64,000 bases of DNA from the human T2T-CHM13v2.0 reference genome, Homo sapiens: NCBI RefSeq assembly GCF_009914755.1, contig NC_060943.1. One strand, 5' to 3'. This document shows positions 17,275-41,987 of the stretch, one piece after another (position 1 is the first letter of the stretch; the number at the start of each line of letters is the position of its first letter). The notes below the pieces were generated by a model. The model was not told where the DNA came from, searched no databases, and worked only from the letters and a program-made list of their open reading frames with translations. Position numbers and translations under genes: made by a program.

Positions 17275-18675
17275 TTACAGAAAGGTAAATTTTTTTCAAA
17301 AAAGGATTCTTCTCCCCAAACCCCACCTTCCAGCCTCTCCCCAAAAAGTAACCAGTTAAATATCTCTGTATTTTTCCAGAGAAAAAATGCTTGCATTAGT
17401 GTATGTGTTAATTTTATTTTATTTTATTAATTTATTTTTTTTTTGAGACGGAGTTTTGCTCTTATTGCCCAGGCTAGAGTGCAATGGCGCGATCTCCGAC
17501 TCACCACAACCTCCACCTCCCGCGTTCAAGCAATTCTCCCGCCTCAGCCTCCAGAGCAGCTGGGATTACAGGCCAACCCACCCAGCTAATTTTGTATTTT
17601 TAGTAGAGACGGGATGTCTCCATGTTGATCAGGGTGGTCTCGATCTCGAACCTCAGGTGATCCACCCACCTTGGCCTCCCAAAGTGCTGGGATTACAGGC
17701 GTGAGCCACTTCACCTGGCTTTTTTTTTTTATGTTAATTTTAGAATTTATCTCACAGAGATTTTTTTCCCCCATCATCCTAAATTATTTTCATCACAGCA
17801 CTTACCACTTTCTATTTTTGTTTTTTTTTTTCTTTGAGACAGGGTCTCACTCTGTCACCCAGGCTGAAGTGCAGTGGCATGATCATGGCTCACTGTAACC
17901 TCGAAATCCTGGGCTCAAGCAATCCTCCCACCTCAGCCTTCTGAGTGTCTGGGGCTACAGGTGTGTGCCACCATGCCTGGCTATTTTAAAAAATTTTTTG
18001 TAGAGAGGTATTCTCATTATGTTGCCCAGACCGGTCTTGAACTCCTGGCCTCAACTGATGCTCCTGCCTCTGGGTCTCAAAGTGCTGGGATTACAGGCGA
18101 GAGGCACCACGCTGGGCCTATTTGTATGTACTTATTTATTGTTTCACCCTATTAGAATACTATCCCCATGAGGTCTGGGATATGAGTCTCGTTTGTTCAC
18201 TGCTGAAGTCTCAGCATCTAGAACACTTCAGGTAGGAGCTACAAATATTTATTAACTGAATGAATGCTGAGAATTGCACTAGATTTATTACTATAAAATG
18301 TGTTTTCACTTAATGTCCTTCTGTATCAGTGCTTGCCAGTCTGTTTTTGTTTGTCACGACAGCTTCCATCTTTATTCCTTCAAGCCAGGAACGTGATACT
18401 GATAATAATTCATTTTTACTGAGCACCTACTTTATCCTTGGCCCTGTGCATTTTCTCATTCAGTCCTTAGAACCCTTCCTTAAGCAAGTGTTATTCCCAT
18501 TTTTCAGATTAAAAAAAAAAACTGAGTCCAAGGAAAGTCACACAGCTAGGTAGTGGCAGAGCCAAGCTTTGAATCACTCAGGTTTATTAGATTCCAATCT
18601 CCACACACTTTTTGTTTGTTTGTTTGTTGTTTGTTTGTTTGTTTTGAGACAGGGTCTTGCTCTGTCGCCCAGTGA

Positions 18676-18789
<114 letters not shown>

Positions 18790-18954
18790 TAAAGTTGGAG
18801 TTTCGCCATATTTTCCAGGCTAATCTCGAACTCCTGGGCTCAAGTGATCCTCCTACCTCAGCCTTCCAAAGTGCTGGCATTACAGATGGAAGCCACCATG
18901 CCTGGCCCCAATCTCCACACTCAGTGGGGTGGATCGCTTGAGCCCAGGAGTTCA

Positions 18955-19245
<291 letters not shown>

Positions 19246-19279
19246 TCACAAGGTCAGGAGATCGAGACCATCCTGGCTA

Positions 19280-19957
<678 letters not shown>

Positions 19958-20466
19958 TTACATATGGGTGACGGGCACCTTGGAAGTGGTGGGGTTTTTG
20001 GTTTTTTTTTTTTTTTTAGACTGAGTCTCGCTGTGTTGCCCAGGCTAGAGTGCAGTGGCCCCATCTTGGCTCACTACAACTTCCACCTCCCGGGTTCAAG
20101 CAATTCTGCCTCAGCCTCTGGAGTACGTGGGATTATAGGCATGCGCTACCATGCCCAGTTAATTTTTGTATTTTTAGTAGAGACGGGCTTTCACCATGTT
20201 GGCCAGGCTGGTCTCAAACTCCTGACCTCAAGTGATCCACCCACTGTGGCCTCCCAAAGTGCTGGGAATACAGGCGTGAGCCACTGTGCCCAACCACTGC
20301 TCTGATTTCTGTCCCTATAGTGTTTTTTTAGTTTTATGTAAAAGGAAGTATATAGTGTGTGTCCTTTTTGGTCTGACTTCTTTGACTCCGCATAACGCTT
20401 CTGAGGTTCACCGATGTTGCTGTACGCATCTGAGGTTCATTCCTTTTTTTTTTTTTTTTTTTTTGA

Positions 20467-20781
<315 letters not shown>

Positions 20782-20929
20782 TGAATACATTGCAGTTTGT
20801 TTATTCATTCACCTGTCGTCGGCCATCGAGTTGTTTCTAGTTTTTGGTTCTTAGAAATAAAGCTGCTGCCGGGCGCCGTGGCTCACGCCTGTAATCCCAG
20901 CACTTTGGGAGGCCGAGACAGGCGGATCA

Positions 20930-21875
<946 letters not shown>

Positions 21876-22145
21876 TGATCTTGGGTCAGTTCCTTCACCT
21901 CTCTGAGCCTTGGCTTCCTTCTCTGCAAAATGGCAGTTGTAATGAGACTTAACCTCATGGAGAGGTTGTGAGCAGTTCACGAGACCATGATAGGTATTGG
22001 CACAGAACCCAGGGATGGTAAATGCTCACAGTTATTAGAAAAGGCAGAGTGGGCCAGGCATGGTGGCTCATGCCTGTAATCCCAGCACTTTGGGAGGCCA
22101 AGGCGGGCAGATCACAAGGTCAGGAGATCGAGACCATCCTGGCTA

Positions 22146-22406
<261 letters not shown>

Positions 22407-23680
22407 TTACAAATCGTGTGGCTCTGTGCCTCAGTTTCCAAATCTGGAGAATGAGATTGTATCAGTCTCATGGTGTTGAGTCTTATGAGGATTAAATTAA
22501 TTGTTTGTGTAAAATGCTTAGAATAGTGCCTGGTAGATATGATTATTCAATATGCACGAAGATTATTCTCTGCTCTAAGCCCCCACTTAGAACCAGAGCG
22601 TGTACTGCAGTTTCAAACAGGCCCTCAGAGTGCCACCCACCTCTGGCTTGTTTCTCAAGGAATCCTGAAGAATTTCTTCTGCCCAGCCGTTTACCAGAGA
22701 AATCATGCTCTATGACTCCGATGTCAGCTGGGGCCTCCCAGACTGAGAGAGACCTGAATCAGTGTGAGGAGCACAGAATGTGGTCAGAGGCCTGTTTTCA
22801 ATTCCTGTTGTGCTTTGCTCTGTAGCCTTAGACAAGTTACTTAGCCTTTCTGAGCTTTACTTTCTTCATCCGTAGAATGAGATGATGATCTTAATAATAG
22901 TACAGTTTGATAATCTAATCTCTTATCTGGTCTTTTTTTTTTTTTTTTTTTGAGATGTAGGGGGGTATCACTCTGTCATCCAGGCTGGAGTGCAGTGGTC
23001 CAATCACAGTTCACTGCAGCCTTGATCTGCTGGCCTCAAGCGATCTTTCCACCTCAGCCTCCAGAGTAGCTGGGACTACAGGTGCATGCCACCGTGCCTA
23101 ATTTTTTTTTTTTTTTTTTTTTTTTTTTAGTTTTTGTAGAGATAGGGGTCTTGCTGTGTTGACCAGGCTGGTTTTGAACTCCTGGCCTCAAGCAATTCTC
23201 CCACCTTGGCCTCCCAAAGTACTGGGATTACAGGCGTGACCCACTGCACCTAGCCCACTACAGAAGTATTGATGGGATTATAAGGGCTTCCCGCATCCCC
23301 CTGGGAAGTAAATTCTACAATATAAGGTATAGTCACTGTATCATTTTTCTAAAATCCAAAACTCTGAACCACATATACCCCTGAAACCACACCTGGCTGA
23401 GGGTTTTTATAAGGGATTGTGGACCTATAGGGCCACAACTCACAGGGTTGGCAGGATATGATGGGTTAATGATATGAAGGAATGTGGCATAGTGCCTGGA
23501 ACACAAGATAGCTGTTACTGTTTTTATTTCAGTTAAATTGTTTCACCTTTCACACCAGCCACTGGAAAATGACCTGACATCCTGAGAAGTCCGTAGGATA
23601 AAAGAAAGCTGTGTTTCCGCTGGGCGCGGTGGCTCACACCTGTAATCCCAGCACTTTGGGAGGCAGAGGCGGGCAGATCA

Positions 23681-24007
<327 letters not shown>

Positions 24008-24063
24008 TTACATGGATTTCCCCCCATATGTCAAGGGGCAGACTATGATTTCATTAGCAAACA

Positions 24064-24069
24064 TTTATT
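24064..24069 (-). terminator. Candidate PNMA8C poly(A) signal AATAAA (about 3-kb 3' UTR)
   Basis: tttatt on the plus strand at the end of a unique AT-rich block (24050-24650). Confidence 0.5.
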
Positions 24070-24793
24070 TTATGAGTTCATATTTGTACAAAAGAGCATC
24101 TCAATCACAAAGAACAATGAAGAGTTTTAGCTGAACCCCCTTTTGAAATCAGGGGTTTACAGAAGCCAGATGCAGCCCTCCAACAGCTGGCACATTCAAT
24201 TTACTTGTGAATTTTTGCTTGGGATTTGCCCTACCAGTGATGTTTTCACTCAGCTAAGTAGCTTCAAATGGTGACAGTTTTGCATGACAACTTGCATTGG
24301 AGTCCCAGGATACACTTTGGTCCAGAAAATCTTGAAAGAGAAGTGGTAGGATTTTGATTTCATGGGCAACATTGAACAACCACGCATGTTGTGTATCACA
24401 AATATAAATGTTATACCCCTGAAATCCACAATAAGCACAAAATACAGTCTTCATGCTGCAATATGATAAGAAATGTCACACTATCCCTTATTATACAACG
24501 ATTATGCCTTGATGGGAGAGCAGCATGCAACAAACACGCTGGAGGCTTTCGTAGCATTTATTCAAGCTCAGACTCTGGGATGCAATAACGAACACAGTAG
24601 TACAATATTCTGCGAGTGGGTATGCCCAGGCTGGGCATTTACAAGGAATAGAAAAATCAGGCCGGGCGCGGTGGCTCACGCCTGTAATCCCAACACTTTG
24701 GGAGGCCGAGGTGGGCGGATCACAAGGTCAGGAGATTGAGACCATCCTGGCTAATACGGTGAAACCCTGTCTCTACTAAAAATACAAAAATTA

Positions 24794-24937
<144 letters not shown>

Positions 24938-26129
24938 TCAAAAAAAAAAAAAAAAAAAAAAAAGAATCAACAGAGAAGCTGGGCGCAGTGGCTTACACCT
25001 GCAATCCCAGCACTTTGGGAGACCGAGGCGGGAGATTGAGACCATCCTGGCCAACATGGTGAAACCCTTTCTCTAGTAAAAATACAAAATTTAGCTGGAC
25101 GTGGTGGTTCATGCCTGTAATCCTAGCTACTAGGGAGGCTGAGGCAGGAGAATCGCTTGGACCAGGGAGTCAGAGGTTGCAGTGAGCTGAGATTGCACCT
25201 CTGCACTCCAGCCTGGTGACAGAGCGAGACTCTGTCTCAAAAAAAAAAGACGTTAGGAGTCTCTGACATTACAATTTGGTAGGCTGAGTCTTTGTGTTGT
25301 GTGTAAGTTACATTTTTGAAAAGAGATTCAGTCAAACCTTTGCAGATCCTTGAACTAACAAGTTTGCAAATTGACAGGTCCGTTGTCTCTGAGCAAAAGA
25401 TCTGCCTACTCACATGTATTTGGATTTTACCTGATTTTTAAAATTCTTCTTCACCTCAGTGTTAACGTCGTTCATTGGTAACTCTTGAAAATGGCCTCTT
25501 AATGATTTACCTCCTTTTGGACCATTGCCCAGAAGCCTTGCCTCTTCTTTAGAGAGTGGAGTTCACTCCTCCTCACCAAGCCAGAGCTTCTGGAATTTAA
25601 CTTGGGGAGACTCACACCTTCACCCCAGGCGCCAATCGGGGCAGAAGGGTCCCGCTTCTGACCACTTCTGTAAGAGAGACTCAGAGTGTAGAGAAAGACG
25701 ACAGCTTTTCAAAAGCCGCTTACAGATCAGTGAGTTCCTCAGAGGTGGGGAGCAGGCAACTCACTCTCAGCCATGGTTTCTGCTTGACATGCGCAAAACA
25801 GGGTGGCCCACTCCGAACAAGTTTGTGCCAGAGGTACATTCAAGGTACATGCTTTTGAAACACAGAAAACGGCTCTAGACTTTGCAATAACAGGATTTCC
25901 AGGAGGGCGCAAAGCTAGAGGGGTCCGTGCCGCCCGCCTCCCCCCAGCAAGAGAGGCTGTCCCCAGAATCAGGCCGTGGGTGACAGCCGAAGGAGGATGG
26001 CGGCCCTTCTCCCGAGTAGGGATCTCCCTGACACGTTCCTCCTGGGTCTGCGTGAGTTTTCTTCAACTCCAGTAAGAGATCTGCAAAACCTTGGAATCCA
26101 GGACCGTTTCCACCTCCTACATTTTCTGC

Positions 26130-26260
26130 AAAGGGCGCAGGCGCCTGGGGTCAGCCTGTGGTCTCCATAGCAACGGTCGGACGCGCTGCTAGGTTCTGGC
26201 TCTGACTGCGCCTGCGCGGCTGGTCCCGCGGGGTCTCCCGGGTAGCGGAAGATATTTGTG
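26130..26260. promoter_or_regulatory. CpG-rich promoter-like element with X-box (26161-26174) and NRF1-like motifs
   Basis: GTCTCCATAGCAAC; GCGCAGGCGC at 26135-26144; TGCGCCTGCGC at 26207-26217. Confidence 0.6.
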
Positions 26261-26294
26261 GGTCTTTGAGACCCTTCCTCGCTTAGAAATTACT

Positions 26295-26995
26295 CTCATC
26301 TACTCAAATGATACCCATACACATATTCAGGTGTTACCCGCACACTCTCAAATATTACCCACAACTACTTTCAATTATACGCGGATGCCACCCACACACT
26401 CTAATGCTACCCACACTCACTAACGTGTATTCAAGTAACCCAAATGTTACCCGCACCTACTCAAATAGCTACTATGAGAGTCACGGGCAAGGTTTTGGTC
26501 TGTTTATTCCCCTTCTGTATCCCCAGTGCCTGGCACACTGTAGGTCCTCAGGAAATTTTGTTGGTTGCATGGATACATGGATGAATGAGCAATCCACACT
26601 CAACCAGATTTTATGATCATTCAGCTGTTACCCACATGTACTCAAATGCTACCTACGCTCACTCTGATGTCTCCAAGTAATTCAAATATTACCCACTTAC
26701 TCTGAGTGCCATGAAGGCAGGGATTTTTATTGAGTTTACTCCCTTCCATATCCCCAGCTCCTGGAACATAGTAGGTATGCAATAAATATCTGTAGGATGA
26801 ATAAATGAGCCACGGGCACCCAGACGTTAACCACACCCACTCAGATGTAACCCACAAGTTAGTTAACTCAGATAAAGATATCCACCTCTTTCGCACTAGT
26901 CAGATGTTACCTGTGCTATCCAAATGATACCCATTCTTACCCCAAAGTTACCCACTCACTAGAGTCATTCCCACCCTCCCTTGCATTACCCACAC
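26295..26995. repeat. Degenerate ~21-23-bp minisatellite (consensus near ACTCAAATGTTACCCACAC) with two embedded L2 3'-end copies
   Basis: Roughly 15 recognisable units. L2 tails at about 26470-26590 and 26705-26810. Confidence 0.75.
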
Positions 26996-27095
26996 TCACT
27001 CGCACTCCTTAAACGTAGTGAGGTGGTACCTACCCTCCCACAGTCATCACCCACACCCCCTCAGACACTCCCCACGCCCACCCGATGCCACCACC

Positions 27096-27812
<717 letters not shown>

Positions 27813-28276
27813 CTACGAGAGAGTGAGGCCTCAGGGGCCGGAGGCCGCTCCCAGGACCCCTTCGTCCAGCTCAGTGAAGGATGCCCCCAGCCCCTGCCTG
27901 CAGGGCTGTGCAACGTCGGGGCTTCTGTGGCTCCCTCTGAGTGGGCTCGAAGATTCCCAGGGACTTACGCGTGCTGGAGAAGCAGAAGGCGGTGTTTGCC
28001 ACCTGACTCGTGGCTCCCGGGTCCTGGGCAAGGCTGCACCAAGGAGGGTCTAAAGATGATGCTTCCCCTTTCTTGGCGTGGCCTCCGAAGGTCTCACAGG
28101 CCCCAACGGTCTCTCCGGATCTGGGACTGCTGATCTCCCTGGGACAACTGCCAACGGAGTGTCGTAGGCGCGGCCCTGGCAGGCAGGGAGGCGCGTCCCT
28201 CACCGCTGGCCCAGAGGTTGCACTCAGTGCCCTGTCGCCGGACTAGGACGAGGATGTGGCCGCTGCACTTGCTCCC

Positions 28277-28360
28277 GCGGTGACGTCACCGCCTCCTTCC
28301 GCTCTGCGGCCTGGCGGTCTCCATGGCAACCGCTGAAGCATCCATCTCCTCTGCCATTGG
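28277..28360. promoter_or_regulatory. PNMA8C promoter: CRE palindrome, RFX X-box and CCAAT box in a CpG island
   Basis: Perfect 16-bp palindrome GCGGTGACGTCACCGC at 28277-28292 (CRE TGACGTCA 28281-28288); GTCTCCATGGCAAC at 28317-28330; ATTGG at 28356-28360. No minus-strand ATG from 28321 to 27711. Confidence 0.75.
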
Positions 28361-28927
28361 CCGACTGGCCGCATTGAAATCAAGAGTCTGAGGGGGTCAT
28401 TCGGAGGTGAGGGGTCGGCCACCAGCCATCAGAAGCGCCCGCGATTCTCCTTTGAATAATAGCCGATTCCAGGGGTGAGGGGACAGCGAATGTACAAGAG
28501 GCACCCGGGGCATCTTTTGGGGTCAGAAAGTAAGGAAGTGATTAAAAAAAAAAATGAGAACACCTGGAAAGACAGAGGAACCAGCCTGAAATGCTCCCAC
28601 TGGCCAACCCTGGGACAATTTGAGCATCAACGTTAAAAATGAAAGTAACAGATTATAACCCCTTGAATAAAATTAGAATCTATGAGTTGATGTAGATATA
28701 AGCACGTGAATGCAAAGTTTGGTGAAGAATGTGAACTATCAAAGTACCTGCCCATATAATACTCATCAAAGGGAACAAATGTATCTTTACAGTGGAATGT
28801 TCTTGCATGTAGGACACACACACACACACACACACACTATAATATTCAGAGCGATATGACAATTTAGACTCAAAATGCTTCAGAGGATAAAACATTCTTT
28901 TTTTTTTTTTTTTTTTTTTTGAGATGA

Positions 28928-29092
<165 letters not shown>

Positions 29093-30456
29093 TAGTTTCA
29101 CCATGTCGGCCAGGCTGGTCTTGAACTCCCAACCTCAGGTGATCCATCCACTTCGGCCTCCCAAAATGCTAGGATTACAGGCCACAGCCATTGCACCTGG
29201 CCGCGAAAACATTCTTTATACTATATTTGCAACTCTTCTGTAGGTTTATGGTTGTTTCAAATAAATGTTTAAAAATAAATAAGAAATGTCTCCCCCATGT
29301 GATGACATCCACAATGTCTATTCCTCTCCTCCCCAGTCCCCATTAATAAAGCCAAAACATTTGGGTTAGGTCGACACCCTTTATACCCCCAGTTCCAGGG
29401 ATAAGCCCTGATTGGCTTGAACCAATTAGCATAATCTCACCCTCCTTCCCACAGTGATTGGTTCAGAAATGGTCACCCAGGTAACCTGGACAAAAAGCAA
29501 TTAGTGCTTAATATGCCCCTCTTCTCTGAGATTGGTTAAAGGTTAGACACGTGAACTCAGTAAGTCCAGTCAGAATGAAGGTAAGGATTTCTGCAACTGG
29601 TAAGCGGAGGAAGACTCTCTCTTTCCTCCTAGACGTGAAAGACTAAGTATAGGAGCTACAGGAGGCTGTCTTGGAAGCATGACAAACTCTCTTCCTTCCT
29701 TCCTTCCTTCCTTCCTTCCTTCTTTTTTCTTTCTTTCCTTCTTTCTTTCAGACAGAGTCTTGCTCTGTCGCCCAGGCTGGAGTGCAGTGGCGCGATCTCG
29801 ACTCACTGCAACCTCAACCTCTCAGGTTCAAGCAATTCTCCTGCCCCAGCCTGTAAAACAGCTGAGATTACAGGCGCCCGCCACCACGCCCGGCTAACTT
29901 TTTGTGTTTTTAGTAGAGACAGGGTTTCACCATGTTGTCCAGGCTGGTCTCAAACTCCTGACCTCAAGTGATCCACCTGCCCCGGCCTCCCAAAGTGCTG
30001 GGCTTACAGGCATGAACCACCGCGTCCAGCCAATAAACACTTTGAGGATGAACTTTGCATCTAGAGGAAGGCAGAGTTGAGGGAACAACCAGAAACCAGG
30101 CCATAGTCAGGAAGACATCATATGCCTCAGGATCAAACAACACCTGAAACCGACATCCCCTGAAACTTTGTTTTTACACGTAGTCAGAAGTGCACGAATT
30201 ATAAATGAAAATCCATTAACTGAACACATGGTGTAACCAGCACCCAAATCAGTAAATGAACATCATAGCATTCCCAGAGGATATCCTGTGCTTTCTCCAA
30301 ATCACTATATCCTCTTAAGGGAAGCCACTATCTTGACTTTCAACAGCATAGGTTAGTTTTGCCTGTTTTTGTATTTTACATAAATGGAATCACATATTAC
30401 GTGGTCTATGTTTCTTGGTGAACATATATGTACATATCCATTAGTTTTAAGCCTGA

Positions 30457-30807
<351 letters not shown>

Positions 30808-31226
30808 TGATCTGCACGTCTTGGCCTCTCAAAGTGCTGGGATTACAGGCGTGAGCCACCGCGCCCGGCCTGATGCCTCCGGTTTTATAGTCAGGAAAAC
30901 CGAAGATCAGAGAGGTTAATTCACTTACCTAAGGTCACACAGCTAGTGAATGGCAAAGCTAGACTTCCCGCCTCAGCACCCTGACTCCTGGGCGCACAGA
31001 TTTAACATTATACAATACCATGGAGTTCCCTGAGAAAGGGGTCCCATATTGTGTCACGCGGCTTAGTTCCTGTTCTGTCGTGAAGTTTCTGGATGACAGT
31101 TCCCTCTCTGGGCTGTATGTTGATTTTGTTCAGTGCCAGTTTAGCTAAGCTGGGCTTGTGTGTCCTAGAATAGCTTTCTGCAGGTGGCTGTTGGTTAGAG
31201 TCGTCTAAAAGAGAAATGTGCATTAG

Positions 31227-31837
<611 letters not shown>

Positions 31838-32017
31838 TAGGTTCCAATTTGTCCTCTCTGTCCCGGTTCAGTTTCTAAATTGCCCAGCAGACTGGCCTAC
31901 AGAGACTTAAAACCCAATACTAGTCACAGAAAAAAAACTTTGATACACCCCTCCTCCAGCAACCCTAGCGCTCCCTGGTTAGTAATTTTTTTTTTTTTTT
32001 TTTTTTTTTGGAGATAA

Positions 32018-32131
<114 letters not shown>

Positions 32132-32194
32132 TAACTTTTAAACAAGATCTCGCCATCCCTATATTATTATTATTATTTTGCCATCACGAATATA

Positions 32195-33660
<1,466 letters not shown>

Positions 33661-33928
33661 ATGGATATCTTTATCTTATTTTAGTTTTGACCACCATCCC
33701 TTTCTGGGTCCTCACCTCCCCAGATTCACCCCCAATTGTCTAAGATCCAATCACATAATGTTTCTTATCCCACGTGGCTCATAGCAGACCTCCTTCTGCT
33801 TAACACGGACCAATCCTGAACAACCATGACTCTTCCTTTATAAACATCAGTTGCACTAACATACTACTTTTCAGGTTTTCCAGTAGAGAGAAAACAAGGG
33901 AAGTGTGCCCTCTCATTTAGGGGTTTTA

Positions 33929-34327
<399 letters not shown>

Positions 34328-35184
34328 TTAATACAAAGATGAGTTTTCCTTCCAAAGATGAAGTAAAATTGTTGATCCAAAATATTTGCCACGAGTTTAT
34401 GAATCCTTGACACGCCATTGCATATCCCTGGGCTTATGCATGTTCCCAATTGAGAAGCAAGGGAAGAGAATGGTTCATTTATTTGATCCACCAGGATTTA
34501 CTGAGAAGTGTCCTTGTTCTAGGCTTGGGTAACGTGCTGGGCATACTTGAGTGAGGGAGATAGGCTCTGCTTTGAGGAGCTCAGTCCAGTGGTTACGACA
34601 GGCTGGCTCAGTCTGTTTACAGGCAGGGAGAGAAGCCCTATAATTACTACGATGTGTTCCGATCCTGGTGTGGGGTGTAGAATACAGAATATATCAAGTG
34701 GGCTTAGTTTTCCTGGAACATGTTTTGCTAGAGTTTAAAGAGAGAACCGCATAAAGTCCTTTGGCGGCCCTGAGATACCTGACTGACATAATTACTGTAT
34801 CAGTAACCTTTTTATTAATTCACTCTTCAACGTCTCTGATTAATTCTCCATAAAGGAATTCATCTGTCTGGTCTCATCTGGGAAGGCTTCCCGCAGGAGG
34901 TGACATTTGAGAGAAATCTTGATGGATGCATATAATAACCACAAATAATACTATTTTAAAAAGTAATAACTGCTAACTTTTGCATAGGGCATACTAAAAT
35001 ATTCTAAGCCTTCTATGTGTACTAAGTCATCTAATTTTTACAACAGTCCATGAGTTAGATGTTTTATTGATTCAATCATTTATTCATTCAACAAGTATTT
35101 ATTGAATAGTTCCTGTATCTTATAGTCAGGAAAACTGAGGACCAGAGAGGTTAAATCACTTACCTGGGGCCACACAGCTAGTGA

Positions 35185-35730
<546 letters not shown>

Positions 35731-35733
35731 TAA

Positions 35734-36018
<285 letters not shown>

Positions 36019-36265
36019 TGATCTCGAACTCCTGAGCTTAGGTGATCTGCCCACCTCGACCTCCCAAAGTGCTGGGATTACAGGCATGAGCTACCACGCC
36101 TGGCCGAGATTTTTACAATTTGATTTAGCTTAATTTTTTTCCATGAATTTTCTGTTTGTATCTTTTACCCATTTTTATTAAAAAATGGGGTTTCCTTTTT
36201 TGCTGAAGAGTAAAAAAGCTTTACAAATAAAGGAAATTAGCATATTATCACACCACATGTAATAG

Positions 36266-36490
<225 letters not shown>

Positions 36491-37430
36491 TAGCCAAGGT
36501 GGTCTCGATCTCCTGACCTCTTGATCTGCCTGCCTCAGCCTCCCAAAGTGCTGGGATCACAGGCGTGAGCCACCGTGCCTGGACGATGGAGTTTTGTTTT
36601 TTTTTTTTAATAATCTATATATATATATATTTATTATTATTATTTTATTTTTGAGATGGAGTCTCACTTTATTGCCCAGGCTGGAGGGCAGTGGTGTGAT
36701 CTTGGCTCAATGCAACCTCCGCTTCCCAGGTTCAAGCGATTCTCCTGCCTCAGTCTCCTGAGTAGATGGTATTACAGGCGTGAGCCACCACGCCTGGCTA
36801 TTTTCTTCGTATTTTTAGTAGAGTCAAGGTTTCACTATGTTGGCCAGGCTGGTCTTGAACTCCTGACCTCAAGTGATCCACTTGCCTCAGCCTCCCAAAG
36901 TGCTGGGATTGCAGGCGTGACCCACCGTGCCCGGCCTTGGCTAAGTTACTTGTTGGTTAGAGTCTAGGTTCTGGGGATAGAGCAATGAATGAGATGGACA
37001 AAATCCCCTGATTTCCAAAAGCTGACACTGTATTGGGCCGACAGAGCAGGGACAAATAAATAAGATATATAATATGTCATGTGGTGATCAGGATTGGTTA
37101 CCGGGAAAAATAAAGCAGGAAAGACAGAGAAGGGCCAGGACTCACGCCTGTAATCCCGCCACTTTAGGAGGCCAAGGCAGGAGGACTACTTGAGCCCAGG
37201 AGTTTGAGACCAGCCTGGGCAACAAAGTGAGACCCCAGGCTGCAGTGAGCTATGATGATACCACTGCACTCCAGCCTGGGAGACAGAGTGAGATCCCATC
37301 TCAAAAGAAAAAATTAAATTAAAAAGACAGACAGAGGGCCGGGCATGGTGGCTCACGCCTGTAATCCCAGCACTTTGAGAGGCCGAGGTGGGCGGATCAC
37401 GAGATCAAGAGATGGAGACCATCCTGGCTA

Positions 37431-38282
<852 letters not shown>

Positions 38283-38564
38283 TCAAAGCTCCTGGTGGGG
38301 ACTTGGGACTTTTCTCTGGGTGAGATGGAACACCCAAGGTGGGGAGGTTTGATGAGGTAACTGAGGGCGTTATAGGAGTTTGCCAGTCAGGAATGATGTT
38401 GGAGTAGGAGGATGTAGGTTTCTGAGAGTTGAAAAGGAACAATTAATCCTTCACACAGCAAATGTATATATTTATACATTTAACTCTGGCTCTGTTCCAA
38501 ACCTTGTGTTAACAGTGAGCCCAATAGCTATTAATACAAATAGAATGTAATGCCAGGAATTTAG

Positions 38565-38826
<262 letters not shown>

Positions 38827-38912
38827 TGATACACTTGCCTCGGCCTCTCAAAGTGCTGGGATTACAGGCGTGAGCCACCACGCCCTGCCTGAGGTGTCGT
38901 TTTTGACATTTA

Positions 38913-39080
<168 letters not shown>

Positions 39081-39350
39081 TTAAAAAATAAATAAATAAA
39101 TAAATAATAAATCTCCAATCTACCTCTAACTTTATACCTTTCCAGATGGCTATTGAGTGTCTTAGTTTTATGGAGAAAAGTCCATCTCGTTTTCAATGAT
39201 ATGAAATTCCACTGTTAAGATGTAAATTCCCAGCTGGGTATGGTGGCTCATGCCTGTAATCCCAGCACTTTGGGAGGCCAAGGTGGGCGGATCACGAGGT
39301 CAGGAGATCGAGACCACCCTGGCTAACACAGTGAAACCCCATCTCTACTA

Positions 39351-39578
<228 letters not shown>

Positions 39579-40124
39579 TTAACCAGTTGTCTGTCCTTTT
39601 ATGGGCCAGTCCCAAACTGTTTGAAAACTATACTTTTATGATCAGTTTTCAAATGCAGAAGGGCTGATTTCCTCTTACATTTTCAGAAATGTTCTGCATC
39701 TTTTCACATTTTTTTCTTTTGAACCTCAGAATCAACCTGCCTAACTTTAAAAGAGCCTTTTAGTGTTTTAAATAAGGCTAGATTAAATTCATAGACTCGG
39801 GGGGAAACCAGGTTCAACTTTTTAATACTGGATCTTCCCAAATATTCAAATCTTGTATGCTCAGCCCTAGCAGCAGTTTCAAGTTTTTTGAACTAGATCC
39901 TGTGCCATTTTTGATAAGCTCATTCCAAGATATTTTTATTATCTTTTAATTCTTGCTTGAGTAAATGCAATGTTCTTTTCTTCTGCTTGTTTTCTAAGCC
40001 AGTTTTCTGTATACTGGCACTTGTTTAGGTTGAAGATATTAATTTTGCAACCCTAGAGCCCCCTTGCTCAATTCTCATTTCTTCCAATAGTTTATGGGTT
40101 CTCTTTCAAGATATACAGTCACAT

Positions 40125-41056
<932 letters not shown>

Positions 41057-41428
41057 ACATCATCTCTGAAGAATAGACATGCTTCCTTCTTTCTAAGGTT
41101 CATACTCTTCTTCCTTTTCCCTATATAATTACATGAGTCATGTTCCTTGAATCTGAGCCCAGCACTCAAGGTTTTTGCTTCCTGGCACAGGGCCTGGGGC
41201 CTCTGTCCATCCTTGAAATTCTTTGCCTATCATTTTCTGCTCCAAAACGGTTATACCCAAAGGTGCTTTACCATGACTTCTCAGGCACGGAGGCATCACT
41301 CCATTGGGAGCCATTTCGGCAGGAAGCTTCTCTGACTGTCCCAGTCCTCATTCCAATAAACATAAAAACAACAATCATATTATAGGCATTGACATGCATT
41401 CTGAAGAACCTTATATTTTGCTCAATAG

Positions 41429-41659
<231 letters not shown>

Positions 41660-41662
41660 TAG

Positions 41663-41987
<325 letters not shown>

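Noticed and set aside
26295-26995. Repeat/spacer-like periodicity
   Set aside because: Not CRISPR: human DNA, degenerate adjacent units and no unique spacers.
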